A stretch of 64,000 bases of DNA. Origin: Phoronis australis. Its lineage: Eukaryota > Animalia > Phoronida. The stretch's first letter is position 1. Each line of letters starts with the position of its first letter. Made by a program: the position numbers and the translations under genes. This document shows, in pieces, positions 1 to 14,200 of this stretch. The stretch covers positions 1 to 64,000 of the forward strand of contig NMRA01000697.1 in assembly GCA_002633005.1 (NCBI GenBank), given 5' to 3'. The notes beneath the pieces are model-generated. The model was not told the origin of the DNA. It was given only the letters and a program-made list of their open reading frames with translations, and ran no database searches.

Positions 1-1172
1 GCCCCCTGGGCCCCCCCCTAAATCCGCCTATGAAAGTAAACAACAGAAATTAATGAAGAAATGTTATTATGTACTGAATATTAGAGTTGGGAATATGAAA
101 TTACAAAATTAATATGTGCAATGAATATTAAGACAAAGAACATGATTTGAGTGAATAAACAAATATACAGTTATTACTATTGTACACACAATATATAACA
201 ATAGAAATCTATTCCAAACAGTGTAACGGATCTACACAGTTACTTTTAACACTAAAACATAAAATCCAAATGGAATGGCACGCTTTTGAGAACCAATGAA
301 CAAAGAGACCTGTTTGAAACTACGTAAAATATATTAGGTAGTTGCTTTTATAAATTATCAAGAAAATATAAAAAGACAACAGTAAAAAGTCTCTCCAGTT
401 TCGGACAATGTAACTAAGAAAATAGAATAATTTGTTATATCAAACACAACGTTATGAAGTACTGTTGCTAACAACCGACTATGTGTAAATAATGATTTCA
501 ATAAACATATGGTAAACTGCTTACTCAACACAACAACCGAGGTTAGTAAGATTCAGTCACATAAATACACCTGTAATTCATACCAAATATTTAAGTTTTA
601 ATGCACGCGATATGGTTGTTGACAAATAAATCAACACAATGTGATATGTTATTGATTCCATGTAAATAAATAAAGATGACATCCAAGTTTCATGAATACA
701 CTTTTAGATTAAAAATACTAATCTGAAAATACTATGTTATAAAACACTTTCGGAACTTCTTTATTGAAAAACATAGAAATCACTTCAAAGTAGCAATAAA
801 CCTGCTTTCCACCATAAAAACAAATTTTCATTTAGGTCACAAACTGGTCTCAACTTGTTGCTTATATAAACTGGAGATGATTTCAGGGGATTGGAAGAAC
901 TGACAGTTCACTGCTTGAGACTAGGCTCTTCAAAGTGGCTTGTCGAGGCATGTCATTTCCTTGCAAACATAGAAATCACTTCTCATCTGAACAAGTTGAG
1001 ACAAATTTTATAGCAGTAAAGGGTCAAAATCATAAAGTTGTTTCTTGGACGGTAGGTGGGTATACTTAACCCTTCAATTTCAGTTTAATGACTAACATTA
1101 ACCACAGAACTAGTCAGAGCAATCCTAGTTCTATGCGGAGCACGTATTGGTCACATCACATGACATCATGAC

Positions 1173-1693
1173 CAGTGGCGGATTTAGGGGGGGGGGCAAG
1201 GGGGTCATGCCCCACCCCCTAAAATTCTCCCTTCTCCCAGATACCATTTGGCAGTTCGGGGTGCTAATTGCTGACTAGCATATGCGTGCACCCAGGGGGG
1301 ATCGGGGGTGTTTTTTTATTTTTTTAGTAATAAGGTCCACAAACCCAAAAATTCGAGACCCCTGCATCACTACATTTTAGGCTTGGGTGAGCGTANNNNN
1401 NNNNNNNNNNNNNNNNNNNNNNNNNNNNNNNNNNNNNNNNNNNNNNNNNNNNNNNNNNNNNNNNNNNNNNNNNNNNNNNNNNNNNNNNNNNNNNNNNNNN
1501 NNNNNNNNNNNNNNNNNNNNNNNNNNNNNNNNNNNNNNNNNNNNNNNNNNNNNNNNNNNNNNNNNNNNNNNNNNNNNNNNNNNNNNNNNNNNNNNNNNNN
1601 NNNNNNNNNNNNNNNNNNNNNNNNNNNNNNNNNNNNNNNNNNNNNNNNNNNNNNNNACCCCCCCCCCCAACTCAAAATCCTGGATCCCCCCTG
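1173..1693. mobile_element. hAT-like MITE with G/C-run termini spanning an assembly gap
   Basis: Left end cagtggcggatttagggggg, right end ccccc...tcctggatcccccctg. A related end cccctaaatccgcctatg lies at 1-32. No clean 8-bp TSD is visible. Confidence 0.5.
1396..1656. other. Assembly gap (261 N)
   Basis: Run of N. Confidence 0.99.
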
Positions 1694-2296
1694 AAGACAT
1701 GACCAAGAGGTGGCTTGTGGGATATTTACAATGCTGACTCCAACTACAGATATCCACATGCTGATCATAACAGCATATTAATGTAAAACATTCACACCGT
1801 TGCATCACGGAATTTTAATAACAACAAAATTCAATAAAAGCAGTAATGGAATTGTTAGAGTATCAAAATTTAGTACTCCAGTTTATTCCTAAAATATTTT
1901 GTTTCCCATCGCCTTACACTCACCCCTCTGAGATAAGTCGGTAGGCAGACAAAATATTCAATTTTATGCGATTCATATGTCACATATCCAACAGTTACTC
2001 CTATTTGGCAGGTAAATGCAAAAAACAAGCAAAACCAGAAATTTCATGAACAACCAATGTTTCTAAATTATAAAAGCCAACTTCCTCTCAAGAAAAAACG
2101 AGTTGAGGTGATATTTTTCATTCATGCATCGCTTTTTCAAATTGTGATGTAACAGTTAGATAATTTTTACCACAGTTACAAACAAATGTTACCTAGCACT
2201 ACGTTTCTATATTTTTCTTGAATCACCTGAATTTATATAATGGAATGTCAAAGTCGGAGTCATTTTGGACTCCACTTCAAGTTACTTGAGTTATAT

Positions 2297-2575
2297 AAAA
2301 ACCGGACGATCGCCGCACAAATTTAAAAGTTCATGTTCAATTCAACATTTCATCTTTTCATTAGACATCATCAGGATCATATTTACAACAACTTAGGACA
2401 ACAAGTGCCAACATACAGCTCAAGTAACATCCATAGAGTGAAGTAGTCAGTAGCTGGTCATCACCATAGTTGCAGGGTCACTGAGCTCTGCATGTTATTC
2501 AGAGAATCAGTAACATCCTGGTTCTGAATGGCCAATGACTTTAATGCACAGTAACTCCTTATTAGGTTCTCTGCA
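2297..2575. repeat. Dispersed repeat, copy 1 (Penelope-like terminal-repeat candidate)
   Basis: aaaaccggacgatcgccgcacaa...catcatcaggatcatatttacaa matches 50814-50903 directly; 2396-2572 matches 50904-51065 in reverse complement. Confidence 0.8.
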
Positions 2576-2984
2576 GATAATACTAACAGAGTTGGCTTGG
2601 TGTTTGTAGCTAATACAATGCCTATATATATGTTACTTTTCTCTTGAGTTATATAAATTCATAGTCATGTTACCAAATTCTGTACTGTTATGGCACCTGC
2701 AATAAAAAGTTAAAAACAACGGCTGAGGTAGGAAATATGTAGAAATATTCAAAAAACACACATCAAAATTTACATTCTAATTCTCTCACATTCTCAGATG
2801 AACTGTTAGTCCAAACATTGAACACTATAACAAGTGTTTGTGAAGTAATTTGTACAAATCAATAAAAACAGGAAAATGTTTTTTCTAAAAACCAATTCAA
2901 CTGTTCCAGCAAGTTTCAGCTTTTGAAACACATAACACAGGTACAAATGTTACAATACAATAAAATAAACACTTCCTTAGACTT

Positions 2985-4185
2985 TTATCTTGTTGTATAC
3001 ATAATTGTGTTAATCCATGGCACAAAATGATCAATTCTAGCAAAAATGTTAGGTCTCGCTGTAGTAGTCTGTAGGTACTGAGAACAGTCACGCTCCAGAC
3101 CAAACTGCAACACTCCAGCCAACACCCAGTGATTACGGGAGTTCAGGCACATTAAAGGACCTCCACTATCACCCTGAAGAAAAGATGACAACAGTTTAGA
3201 TCAATTATTTTCATAATCAATTACCACTTACCTCAGTTTAAGATTGAACAAATGTATTATTTGGAAAAGCTAAAATTTATTTGCGCAAAAAATGGAAACC
3301 AAGTTTTTAGAAAATGAATGAAAAATTTTTAGTAACAATCTTTGGCGTTGAAATTGGGTAATATGTGCAGTTTGTGTACAATGTGATATGAATGTGTATC
3401 AATCTTCTCAACCCCAGGTATTATAGGCATTTCATTATTGCAGCCATGATTGTTTGCATTTGCATATTCAATAAATAATAAATAATAATTATTTTTCAAA
3501 TGGGAAATTGTTAAAGGATTAGTAAACACTAATTTTCCGTGAGAAACAGAGAGAAACTCAAACCCACGTACATTGCATGCAGTAATGTGACCAGACTCAT
3601 ATCCAGCACACAGCATAGTCTCGTTGTCAAATGTAAACTGTGGACCAGGTTTGATAGCCGACATACAGCGAGCTGTGCTCCACACATCTATCTTGGCCTC
3701 ACGTAACAGCTCAGCACCAAAGCCTGTAAAACATGATTGAATCACTCAATTTAACCCTTATGAGAGCAATAAAAACTGGAAGTTTTAACATACCTTTGAA
3801 ATTATTAATCATATTATTTTCAATCTGAACAAAATATAATAATAAAGTAAACTTTAAGAGCGAACAATAGCATCAAAGATTGTATTACACAAAAAAATAC
3901 AAAAAATAGTTGCTAGGTCAGAGTCGTGGACATTCCAGTTCAGTTTGACAGACATAAGTGATATCTGTGAGAACTGTGTTGGGAGTCCAGCTTTCCTTGC
4001 ACGCAAACTGCACAGGCTGAATGGTACAGTCCTTTTCTCAAATGCTGAACCACTTTTTTATCCTGACCAATTCTTTTCTTACAAATATATTTCAATCCTC
4101 ACAAATGACAGTGACACCTAACTGCAAAATGTAAACAACATGTATATATTGTTATGTATAAGTATAAATACATATACATATACAT

Positions 4186-4225
<40 letters not shown>

Positions 4226-5257
4226 TATAGTATACAACATAAATTTAATAACACATGCCTCCTGTCAAACAGAAAAAATTGCGACTCGTGAGAAAAAATT
4301 TGATTGTAAGAAGAAATTTGAGGAAGTTCATGAGAAAAGAACATTATTAATGAGAATTTCTGTAACATCTGAGCAGGAAGAACAAAGACGACTGACTACC
4401 TTGTAGTTACCAGTTACAAAATCACTTTGCTCTGAAAAAGTGGTAGAAATTCACGGCAGATTGCTTTAACTTGTGGTGAAACCAATAATTTACCTAATTT
4501 CAAATAGTTGTCACAGCAGGCCATGATTTTTTACTTCAAATTATATTTGCATGAACCTACCAGCATTAGCAAATGTGTATCCCCAGCCTGCAGTGTAGCA
4601 CGTACTACTGACTGGTGCAACATTGTTACTTGGTGGTAAACACACTGGTTTAGCATGGCTGCTGAACTTGACCTCTTGGTCAAATTTTATTAGTGCCAAG
4701 TCCACCAGGGGGTGCTCGTGCACTTCAAGTAAACGCACTCGGTGATGATGACTTCCATTTCCAAGTGACTGCAAGGTTGAGCCAAACTGGACCTCATAAT
4801 AGCCAGTGATGTTGGTCACAGAGGGCCTGTAACAGGGTGTAAACATTTGTCATTCGCATTTTTGACATTATGCATTAGGTTAAACAACAATATTCAGGAT
4901 AAATCTATTTACACGAAAGGCTACACAGCAACCAACTACAACATTCTGCATCACTGGACAATGTAGCTTTAATAAAAGTCTGTCTACACACTCCACATAC
5001 ATCAAAAGTTGTTTTTGATAGAAGGCATGGATTTCTTATGCCTTAAAAGTATTTCACTAACAATATTCACCTTCCTGCAACTTTGAATAGGTGCGACACG
5101 GTAACAGCCCATCGTGGATGAATCAAGACAGCTCCTCCTTGAAACTGTCCAAGGTAATGTACAGATCCTACCCATGGCCAGGTGGCTATGGGAACCATGG
5201 AGCCACCAATAATGTATGGATACGTGACTGTGATGGATCGATCACTCTTTCCACATT
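2985..5257 (-). CDS. Serine protease domain 2 (exons 5257-5071, 4826-4561, 3723-3572, 3173-2985)
   Basis: ECG...YPY|IIGG...WPWV...TVSH (His), VDLALIK (Asp), PVCLP, CYTAGWG, LCAGY, ACN/GDSGGPL (Ser); stop TAA at 2987-2985. Confidence 0.93.
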
Positions 5258-8200
5258 CTCAAAAAGGAAAAAACAGAACATTTTAAATAACAATTAAAGG
5301 TGTTGAGATTTATTCTACAGATATTCAAATGACAAAATCAGACAGAAAGGCATACTTGTAAAGACCCACAGACCTACAATTGCACTATGTCATAAGATAT
5401 TCATACATAAAATTATAAGGAAAGGTAATTAAATGCTTGGATAGTAAAGCATACCTGTTTCAGAACAAATCAACTTAACAACAGATCCCGAGCAGTTCTC
5501 ACTGAAAAAAGATAAAACAAACACATGCTGTAATCTAATGACAAGCATTATCTCCTTGGCTAAACCAGATTACTACCATAAAACATACCTAGACCAACAA
5601 GCACACAAGCTTAAATATTAAAAATCAGTGAAATTTCAAAAAAATTTATGTGAATGAAGTATGAACAATCAACAAGCATGAGTAAAAACATACCTGGTTA
5701 AAGCTGTATAGACAGGTTCTAGTTTGGATTTGCCTGTCTTCTTGTAGTAGACCGATGAATTAAGAAATACGCCCTCATACGACACTGCTTGTCTGAAACA
5801 GACAATATGCAAGTGAATCTAAAGGCATAGTATCGATGTCAGAGGTCATGTTGACTTCACTGGCAGCTATACAACAGATTACACTTTGGCATAGTTGCCA
5901 ACACTCCATAATGAAAATGCAGAACATCTGGATCTAGGATCCCATAAAAGGGAAATGTCCGCTGGCACAAAACCCACCGACAGGGTTTTTTAGTTCCACC
6001 TCTGAGATGGAATAAGGAATAGGGGTATATAGAGGGCCTGAAAATAAAAACATAAATTGTGCATTTATCAACACAACAGCATGAGGGGTGCATCTCAAAA
6101 AGCAGGACATTTTAATGTTGTGGTGGGACGCTGGGAGAAAGCTTTAAAAAGCAAGACAGTGCCGCTTGAAATGGGCAATTTAGAACTATGCTTCAAAGTA
6201 TATTATGTCACAATCAATTTAACATTGAAGGCAAGCAACACTAAAGAACACAATACAAACCATAATATTAACCTTGTCTGTACAAGATATGATAGGCTAT
6301 AAGTTGATCAGTGTGAATTCATAAACACACTTAAGTGGTATTATATAATACTTACCTCTCTCCAAGCTCCTTACAAACTCTGTCATTCCAGTCTTGGGAC
6401 ATGTCCCACCCATCGTAACATACAGGCACCCACATCTGTCCGTGTCTCACATAAAGAACAGAAGGATATGAGCCTGTGGATAGCAGCGTCACTGGAAAAA
6501 TTGTAATCCTGACTGGTAAGAAATATTCATCGTTGATGGTTGGGAAATGATATGCAGTGCGTAATGTGTATCTGTATTGCAAGCAGTAATAAGTACTAAA
6601 ATGAAATGTGTATTACAAATAAAGTAAACAATGCAGCACGTTACGACTTGAAATTGCTTGAGGCAAATGAACATGCAGGGAGATAAAACAAAACAGGAAA
6701 AAAACAAACTGAAAAATCAAAGTCTGTAGTTACTCTATTTTTTGTAAATAAAATTGTTAAGTGTTCTGTTATACCAATAAAGTCATATATCCAGTATATT
6801 AATACGTTTATTGTGGAGAGCACAAATATTTCAAATATCTCACAGCAGTTTGCTTCGTCAGATGAATCTTTACAGTCTCGCACACCATCACAACGGGCAC
6901 CATTCTTCACGCATGTGTAATCAGCACATACTAGTGACCCCTCTTGGCAACTGTCTGCAAATATATATCCATCCTTTGCAAATACGAGAGTTCCCGGTAA
7001 ATCCAGAGAGTTGTATAGTTGGATAGCAACACGAAAAAAATGGATATGCGAGTAGAAAAGGTACCAGATAGACGCTTCTAAAGCATGTAACTAGTCACGA
7101 CTAATAAGTACAGTTTGTAACATTTCAGGGTACATTTCACTGCATGGGAAATTCATGACAGAAATAACCAAATGTTACCAGACAGGATGCAGTTTAATGA
7201 CATGTGAACATTTCCATGAAAAAGGTAGTGTAATCCAGTGGTAGAGCCGGGGGCTACCAATCTAAAAATCCTGCTTACATAAGTTTCCAATATGTTCGTG
7301 TACAAACAGACACTAGGGCTGAAACTGTTGTAAATTTTTTATGAAGAAATAAAAGCTGAACAATTATCCAAAATAGCTTACAGCAGTCTTTCTCATCTGT
7401 TGCATTCACACAGTCCACACTGCCATCACAGCGCCACTCTTTTTGAATACATTTGCCATCAGGACACTGCAACTGGTCTGAACGACAAGCTGAAAGTGTG
7501 AAATACATACCAGATAAAATAACAATGACAAGCAATGTTGAAAATGGTCATCTAATCAGTTGGACAAGTAGGGCTTTCCTAAACTATGTTGATTTTCAAG
7601 TTAGTATACTCTACCGATCTGGTTAAATTTATTGCCATCCGTAACAAAAACATAAAAACACAAAAACATTGAAAATAATGAAAGACAGGGAAATCCTTAG
7701 TGCTAGAGATTAAACTTTAAAAGGATACTAAACCCAGTTTAAACCTATAAACAGAATGCTATTTATTGACTAGATCACATCGTTGCATGTCTGAATACTG
7801 ATGAAGTGTGCTTAAGTCACCCAGTGTGAGGAACATTTTGAGTCAATCTTCAGATGTGTATGACTGACCATATTGTACTCCAGAAGAGCCTCTTTGTGAC
7901 AAAAGGAGTTAATATTTTAGCTGAATAATGCCTTGAAAGCCTAACTTCAACAAAATTTTGTTATTTTAGATTTATTGGGCTAATCAGATAGTCCTAGCAA
8001 AGCTTTAGTAAAATTATAAGAAAACGCGACTTCAATGTGAGCCCATCAAATGATAGGTGAAACTGCCTTTTCATGCCGTGTTGCGACACCGCGAGATCCC
8101 AACACAAACAACAAAAAATCGATAACAGTTGCATTGAGCAGGGGTCTGAATAGAACACCATTCCATGCGGGTGGTATTTACAGCTGTTTGAATTAAAAGG

Positions 8201-11200
8201 TGATTTTCGTGGTGACACGGACAAAACCAAGCCAATACACCTAACAGTTCATCACATTTGGAAATTTATGGCACTAGCTGGCTCAGAGCGATGCTCTTAA
8301 CATACTGTAGGAACTAAATTTACAGGTGTTGCCATTGAAGGCCGTAATCCTCAGATTGTGCAACAGTAGGTGAGACAACCAGTTCTGAGGGGAATCCCAA
8401 AACAGTTTAGCATCATTTTGAGCTATAGTCCACAGGTCTGTGCTTGCTTGAAACTCTAAGAACAACATACCACAGGTGAGTTCATCGCTGTTGTCTCCAC
8501 ATTGATCCTGCCCATCACATACATGTGTCTTCCAAATACACATTCCTGACTGACATCTGAACTTGTCTGATGTACAGGCTTTAAGAAATACAGCAATTAA
8601 TTGAACAGATGTAGAAAATTAATTACATAACCGGGACTATGAGGGTTCCCACCTTTTGGCAATTCAAGTTTATTATAATAATAACAATATCATTAATTTG
8701 AATTCCAAAATTCAGTTCCATCCTTACATATGAATTCAATTTCAATCAATGGTTCCTCTTTTAAGCCATTGCACATCATCAAATCTACAACAATGATCAG
8801 GTTTAACTTATCTGCCAGAAATCTTAATCAAAATCTGCCATAAAAGCTGCTTTAATAGCTCCTGAAATTTTTGTAATGCTGATATCATTCAATCAAATTG
8901 AGTTATTAAGTGTTTGTTTCTTTTGTTATTCGACAGATGGGTCATTGTCTAAGTCCATAAATTAAATGATAGTACACAACCCTGTGTTCTGACAACAGAT
9001 GGCGACAGGATCTCAACAGCTGCTTTATATCTGGGACTAGTCTTACATTATTTCAATTATTACATTTGATAATAATTAATATTAATCTCAGATGATATAC
9101 ATGCTACATTCCCGCATGCTGCAGTGAACACTTCGGGCTAAACCAAAAGTACTCTCTGTATAGCACCGGTAAAATATAAGTGAACAGGTATGTGAATAGG
9201 AGTCCTATCAGATCACTCTATTTGCAAAATCAGGGGAGGAGCTACAACCACACCTAGGGGAAGAAAGATCTTTATATGCGCCAACTGCGAAGTGACACCA
9301 AAGCTAATTTACAGTGACACCTTTATTTATTATAACTTTATTCAAATTACATAAATTTGAAAAATTACAAGACAAATATGTTTTTTTAAGTAAAAGTATA
9401 AGTAGGAAGCACAGGTAACATGAAAATACAACAACTTATTTCCATTGTGCTCCATTAGAATTTTAATATCTAAAACTGTTGTTTGACCATAATACCTGGC
9501 AACACACAAGAGGCAATGAAACAACAATAGAACAGATGCAAAATTCACAAGATGTTGGAACGATAACACTTACTGCAGTTTAGTTCATCTGACCTGTCCT
9601 TGCAGTCATTATGCGTGTCACACTTCATGTACTCAGGAATACACATTCCATTGGCACACCTGAACTGTTCAGCAGAGCAGTCTGAAAACATATCATACAA
9701 TTATCCACACTTCAACAGATTGAGAGATACAGGGTTTCAGGCAAGGAACATGACTGTTGGCATTCTTCAAATATTCAGCTAAATAAATATAAAATATCTC
9801 AATCTTTAAAGCTGCGATATGAAAAAATATAATCCTTTGTCATCACAATTTTCTTGAGACAGCCTTCCGTTTAAAAAGCAAACTTTTGATTTAGATCACT
9901 TACCACTATAAAAATGTCCATTGCTAAAGATGGGAACTTATTTCTGGGCTTGCAAAGAGTTGAATGGTTGTCGTTATTCCTTGCGACAATACTCAGCACA
10001 TAAAATGACAAGATACGTTATTGCCTCATCTCAAGCAATAACAAACTATCCTTTCAAAGCCTTGCCATCACTCCTACTCTGCCTGAGGAACAGATTCCAA
10101 CGGTAAGTGGTCTAACTCAGTAGCTGTTGTATAACTATCATATCAAAGTTCCAAAATAGGAAATAGGCCACATGATGCCCTATTTTGTAACAGGGAGACC
10201 ACAATGTATCAGCTGGAACTTGGCAACTAAATTAGTTGTGGATCAATTGAAACTCATTCCTCTGAACACAGTTGATTGAGTTCGTCATCTTTATGCTCCA
10301 GAATATTCCAGTAATAAAGTTGTTTCATTCACATTCTGTGCATATTTATCTAAAATGTACTCACTCACACAGTCTGATTCATCTGACATGCCTGCCAAAG
10401 ATGCACAATCACCTATATCAATCATGAGCAAAAGGGTAGATACCTTAAAGCTCGTTTATTTTCAGCCAGTCAAAGACAATACAACATCGCTCAAGTAAAA
10501 TGTCTTGTAAATGGATTATTTACTCATCAGCATCATCTAACTGTTTACACTTCACCAGACTCACCAACAGTGAATAGCTCACAAATAGGGCATTAAAGCC
10601 AAAAAATGTGTAATCAAGGCCTTTCTGCAAAACTAGAAAAATTGGCCAACTAGTCATTTTAATATCTAGCGTTACTCTTTCTTTAAAAGGTTCAAATAAT
10701 GAAATTAACCCTGATTCCATACTTACTGCAGTGCTTTTCATCAGAACCATCTGCACAATGAAATCTTGAATCACACCAGAGGTCGCTAGCAACACACTGA
10801 CCACTATTACACTGACGTTGTCTGCTGTTACAATGAAACACTGAAAATTAATCAAGAAGTTAAAATCACTCTCAAAAACACTTGAACTTAATCTGTAAAT
10901 TTACGCAAAAGCACCACAAGTTGTAGTATTCATTGTGCGTCATTGAAGAAGCAAGTTGTTTGACGTTAAAATCACTCTCATAACACTTGAACTTAATCTG
11001 TAAATTTACACAAAAGCACCACAAGTTGTAGTATTCATCGTGCCTCATAGAAGAAGCAAGTTGTTTGACACAAAACACATAAAATAATCAAAATTAAAGA
11101 AGGCAGAGTACTATTCTTTGTTGTTTTTGGCGAATGCATTGTGCCATCAATTTAAAGTTGCATTTCAACACTGTTTAACTGTCCATATTGAACTCTGAAC

Positions 11201-14200
11201 CTTATCATGCTCATCTGATCTTGAGTTGTAGGCAACTCAAGTCACAGGTCATGTGCACATGTGCCATTTTTACTTCGCACTATTAGGGTTGGCCAAACCC
11301 AATTATCTCTGAAGCATTTCTTGAGTCCCTTCTGGATTTGATGCGATAGCTGGTAACTAAAACTGAATCCCAACGCAGTAGATGATGGTATTTTATGAAA
11401 CTAAATGCCTTAAATGGTTTTTTGTTGTTTAACCAGATAAACAGAGTGAAATGCACTTCAGGAATAAGTAATATTTCCCGTGAAATATGCCATGCACTTA
11501 CAACAATTGGAGAACTCATCAGAACCATCTAGGCAATGTTGTCGTCCATCACAAACTTTTGCAGAGTCTATACACAGGCCATCAGACAAACAAGTATGTT
11601 CCCAAGATTTGCATCCTGAAATATTAAGTAATCCTGTGTTCAGTTTTGATTTCAAGATCGGCTGTTAAAAACACTTATAATGGCATAGAGAGCTTCCTTG
11701 CATGTAAATATGTGCATGCAAACTGGAAGCTAAAAAGTATATATCATTCATGCAGAGTCCTTATAGATACATTTTATGTTCCTCTGAATGTTTTGGGCAA
11801 AAATGTCATGTTTATCACCTATTCAACTAATACGAAGAACCATGTGCATCCTAAAGAATATTCCACTATGCCCATGGCCAAAAAAATCAAGCATTGAGCA
11901 GCATGTCAGTTTGTTATGCAGTGATCAAAGTATTGTTGATCTTGTGTGCAAAAAGGACACCCATACCAGCTTAAAATTTTGAACTGTTGTCATTTTGAGG
12001 CCCCTACACATGATTCTTTCATGAAGAATGATCCTTATCTGTATAAATTAAAATGACACCTGTTACTTCTAACAATACAATGTAAATGGCAAATGACATT
12101 GAAATAGCGCAAAAAATTGATTTCCATCATGCAAATTAATGATACAATATCAGAAAGCAAGTTTGAAAGCCTTGGGACTGGTTGCAAATGTTAAGAGGGG
12201 GGAAATGTTCAGATGCATAGAAAATAGATTTTCTGATGAAAGTTGCAAACTATTTTTACAGGTAATCTCCATGTCATCCCTGCAGCAAAAACAAATCAGC
12301 AGCAGTTGATCTGATAAACACTATCAGTTAGACTAATGCAAATCAAACGCCACTGCTGTCAAGGTCACGGTAACTTGTGATGAATGTGAAGCTTGAGGGA
12401 AATGCTTGGCAAATGAAACATTTGGAGTATGGTAAAAACTCTTAATTTGGGACAAAATATAGCAGACAAGTGCAATTTTATTTTGCCAAAACTCCTCAAC
12501 AAAAATAACTTTTAAGGAAATTTTACTTAATTTGCTTCCAACTTACTACGTACAGTTCCGTTGTCACCAAACACTAGGTAAAATTTTTAGCACTTTCAGA
12601 AATGTAAATAAGCTCCTAAAATCAGAAACTGACAAATTTTATCAATTATTCGTGACCCAAAGTGAATAATTTTTTACACAAATTTGATTGAATGTGTCAA
12701 GCAGACTTAGAGAATAAGACATTTGAGGTAAATAATACTTTCTTGTATATTTTGAACTTAATTATTTATAAAATACAACAGCAATGCAAACAATGAAATA
12801 TGTACGTAAAATATTTCACACTTAAAAGTGAGTAAAACATCGGTCTATCGACAAATAAAATAAAAATAAAAGATTTAAAATCTTTCACGCAACTTGAAGG
12901 CAATGTCAGAGAGAATGCTGCTGACCACACTATGTGTGGTAAAAATAAAATTTCAGTCAGAATGAATGAAATTGTACACAATTCCAGAACAATTGATCCT
13001 TGTCTTCACCATTATAACCATTTAGGTCATTATTATGACATTTCTAAAAACCATCAAAATAGAAAAGGCTGTTCCACAAGTCACAACTAAAATGCGAAGT
13101 ACTTTTCAATGATTACAAAAATATATTCTCATAACATGCAATTCTTCAAGACATGACATATTTAGAACATCAATTAATATTATATCAAAACACTCAATCT
13201 CTCACAGACCATAATGGAAGCGTTAAGTACAGTATTGAAATAATAAATATTTATAAAATATACATAGGAGAATAAAAGCAATTTCGACTTAGTAATGAAA
13301 AGCCTAAGTACAGGTTAAAATAAAGCTTTCCTAAAATAACATTTGCAATTCTCACTGTAAAATGGTTCATATGTACATGAGTGCGCGTTTCAAGGTTTTT
13401 TAATCATACTTAGTTTAACAACAACACAATTCACTGTTGCAATACGACAAAGCAACAAACAACACTAGGCACACAGGCATGTGTTACGATGTACCCTAAA
13501 AGAAATGACACTACACAAGATAAAACACCTGACAATACCAGTATTCAACATATATTCTACAGCATACCGTACAAAATGTGGAACTATGACTTTGCCACAT
13601 ATTCCACAAAGAATGCTGTAAGCATTGCAATAAAAATCTAGAAAAAAATCCAACAAGCTAGCGTGCGAACACCCGGACATGCTAAGAGTCCAACTAAGTT
13701 TAATATGCAATACAATAAGCATACAATGCAATACTGCAAACTGTATACACTAAAGCAAGGCTAATGACATTCTGTTACACCTTAGATGTAACTTAAAAGG
13801 ATTAACAAACCCTGTTTTGACCTGTTAACAGATATTAAAATGGCTTACCTATCCGAGTCTCTCAAACAAAACAAAGCACTGTAGCCCCCCGGCAACCCTC
13901 AAAAGTTTGGAGGACATTTTGAAAACTATTTTCAAAGTCTGCTACACAGCAAACGGAGCCTACGCTTTTAGCGAATAACACGATAACTGTGGGGAAAAAA
14001 CACCCGCCAAGAAACATAATATCCAATCTCTGACACAGGAAGTATGAGTTTTTAGCGGATTCCTGCTTTTATTTTTCAAGATTGATGCAAATGATGCATT
14101 AGCAGAAGACAAAATGAGGATTGCCTTAAATCATAAAATCAGGGTTTAGTATTCTTTTAAAGAACTGCGCAGCCTCACAACAAGTGGTACTGCTTTTCTT

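Noticed and set aside
1308-1808. Four ORFs of 116-143 aa
   Set aside because: Artefacts of translating through the N gap.
760-1887. Minus-strand AATAAA candidates (760-765, 1882-1887) for the protease gene
   Set aside because: The hexamer is too frequent in AT-rich DNA to assign without 3'-end data.
10822-10827. Apparent NAGNAG acceptor (cagcag)
   Set aside because: Out of frame with the LDLa; the acceptor at 10841 gives a full six-Cys repeat.
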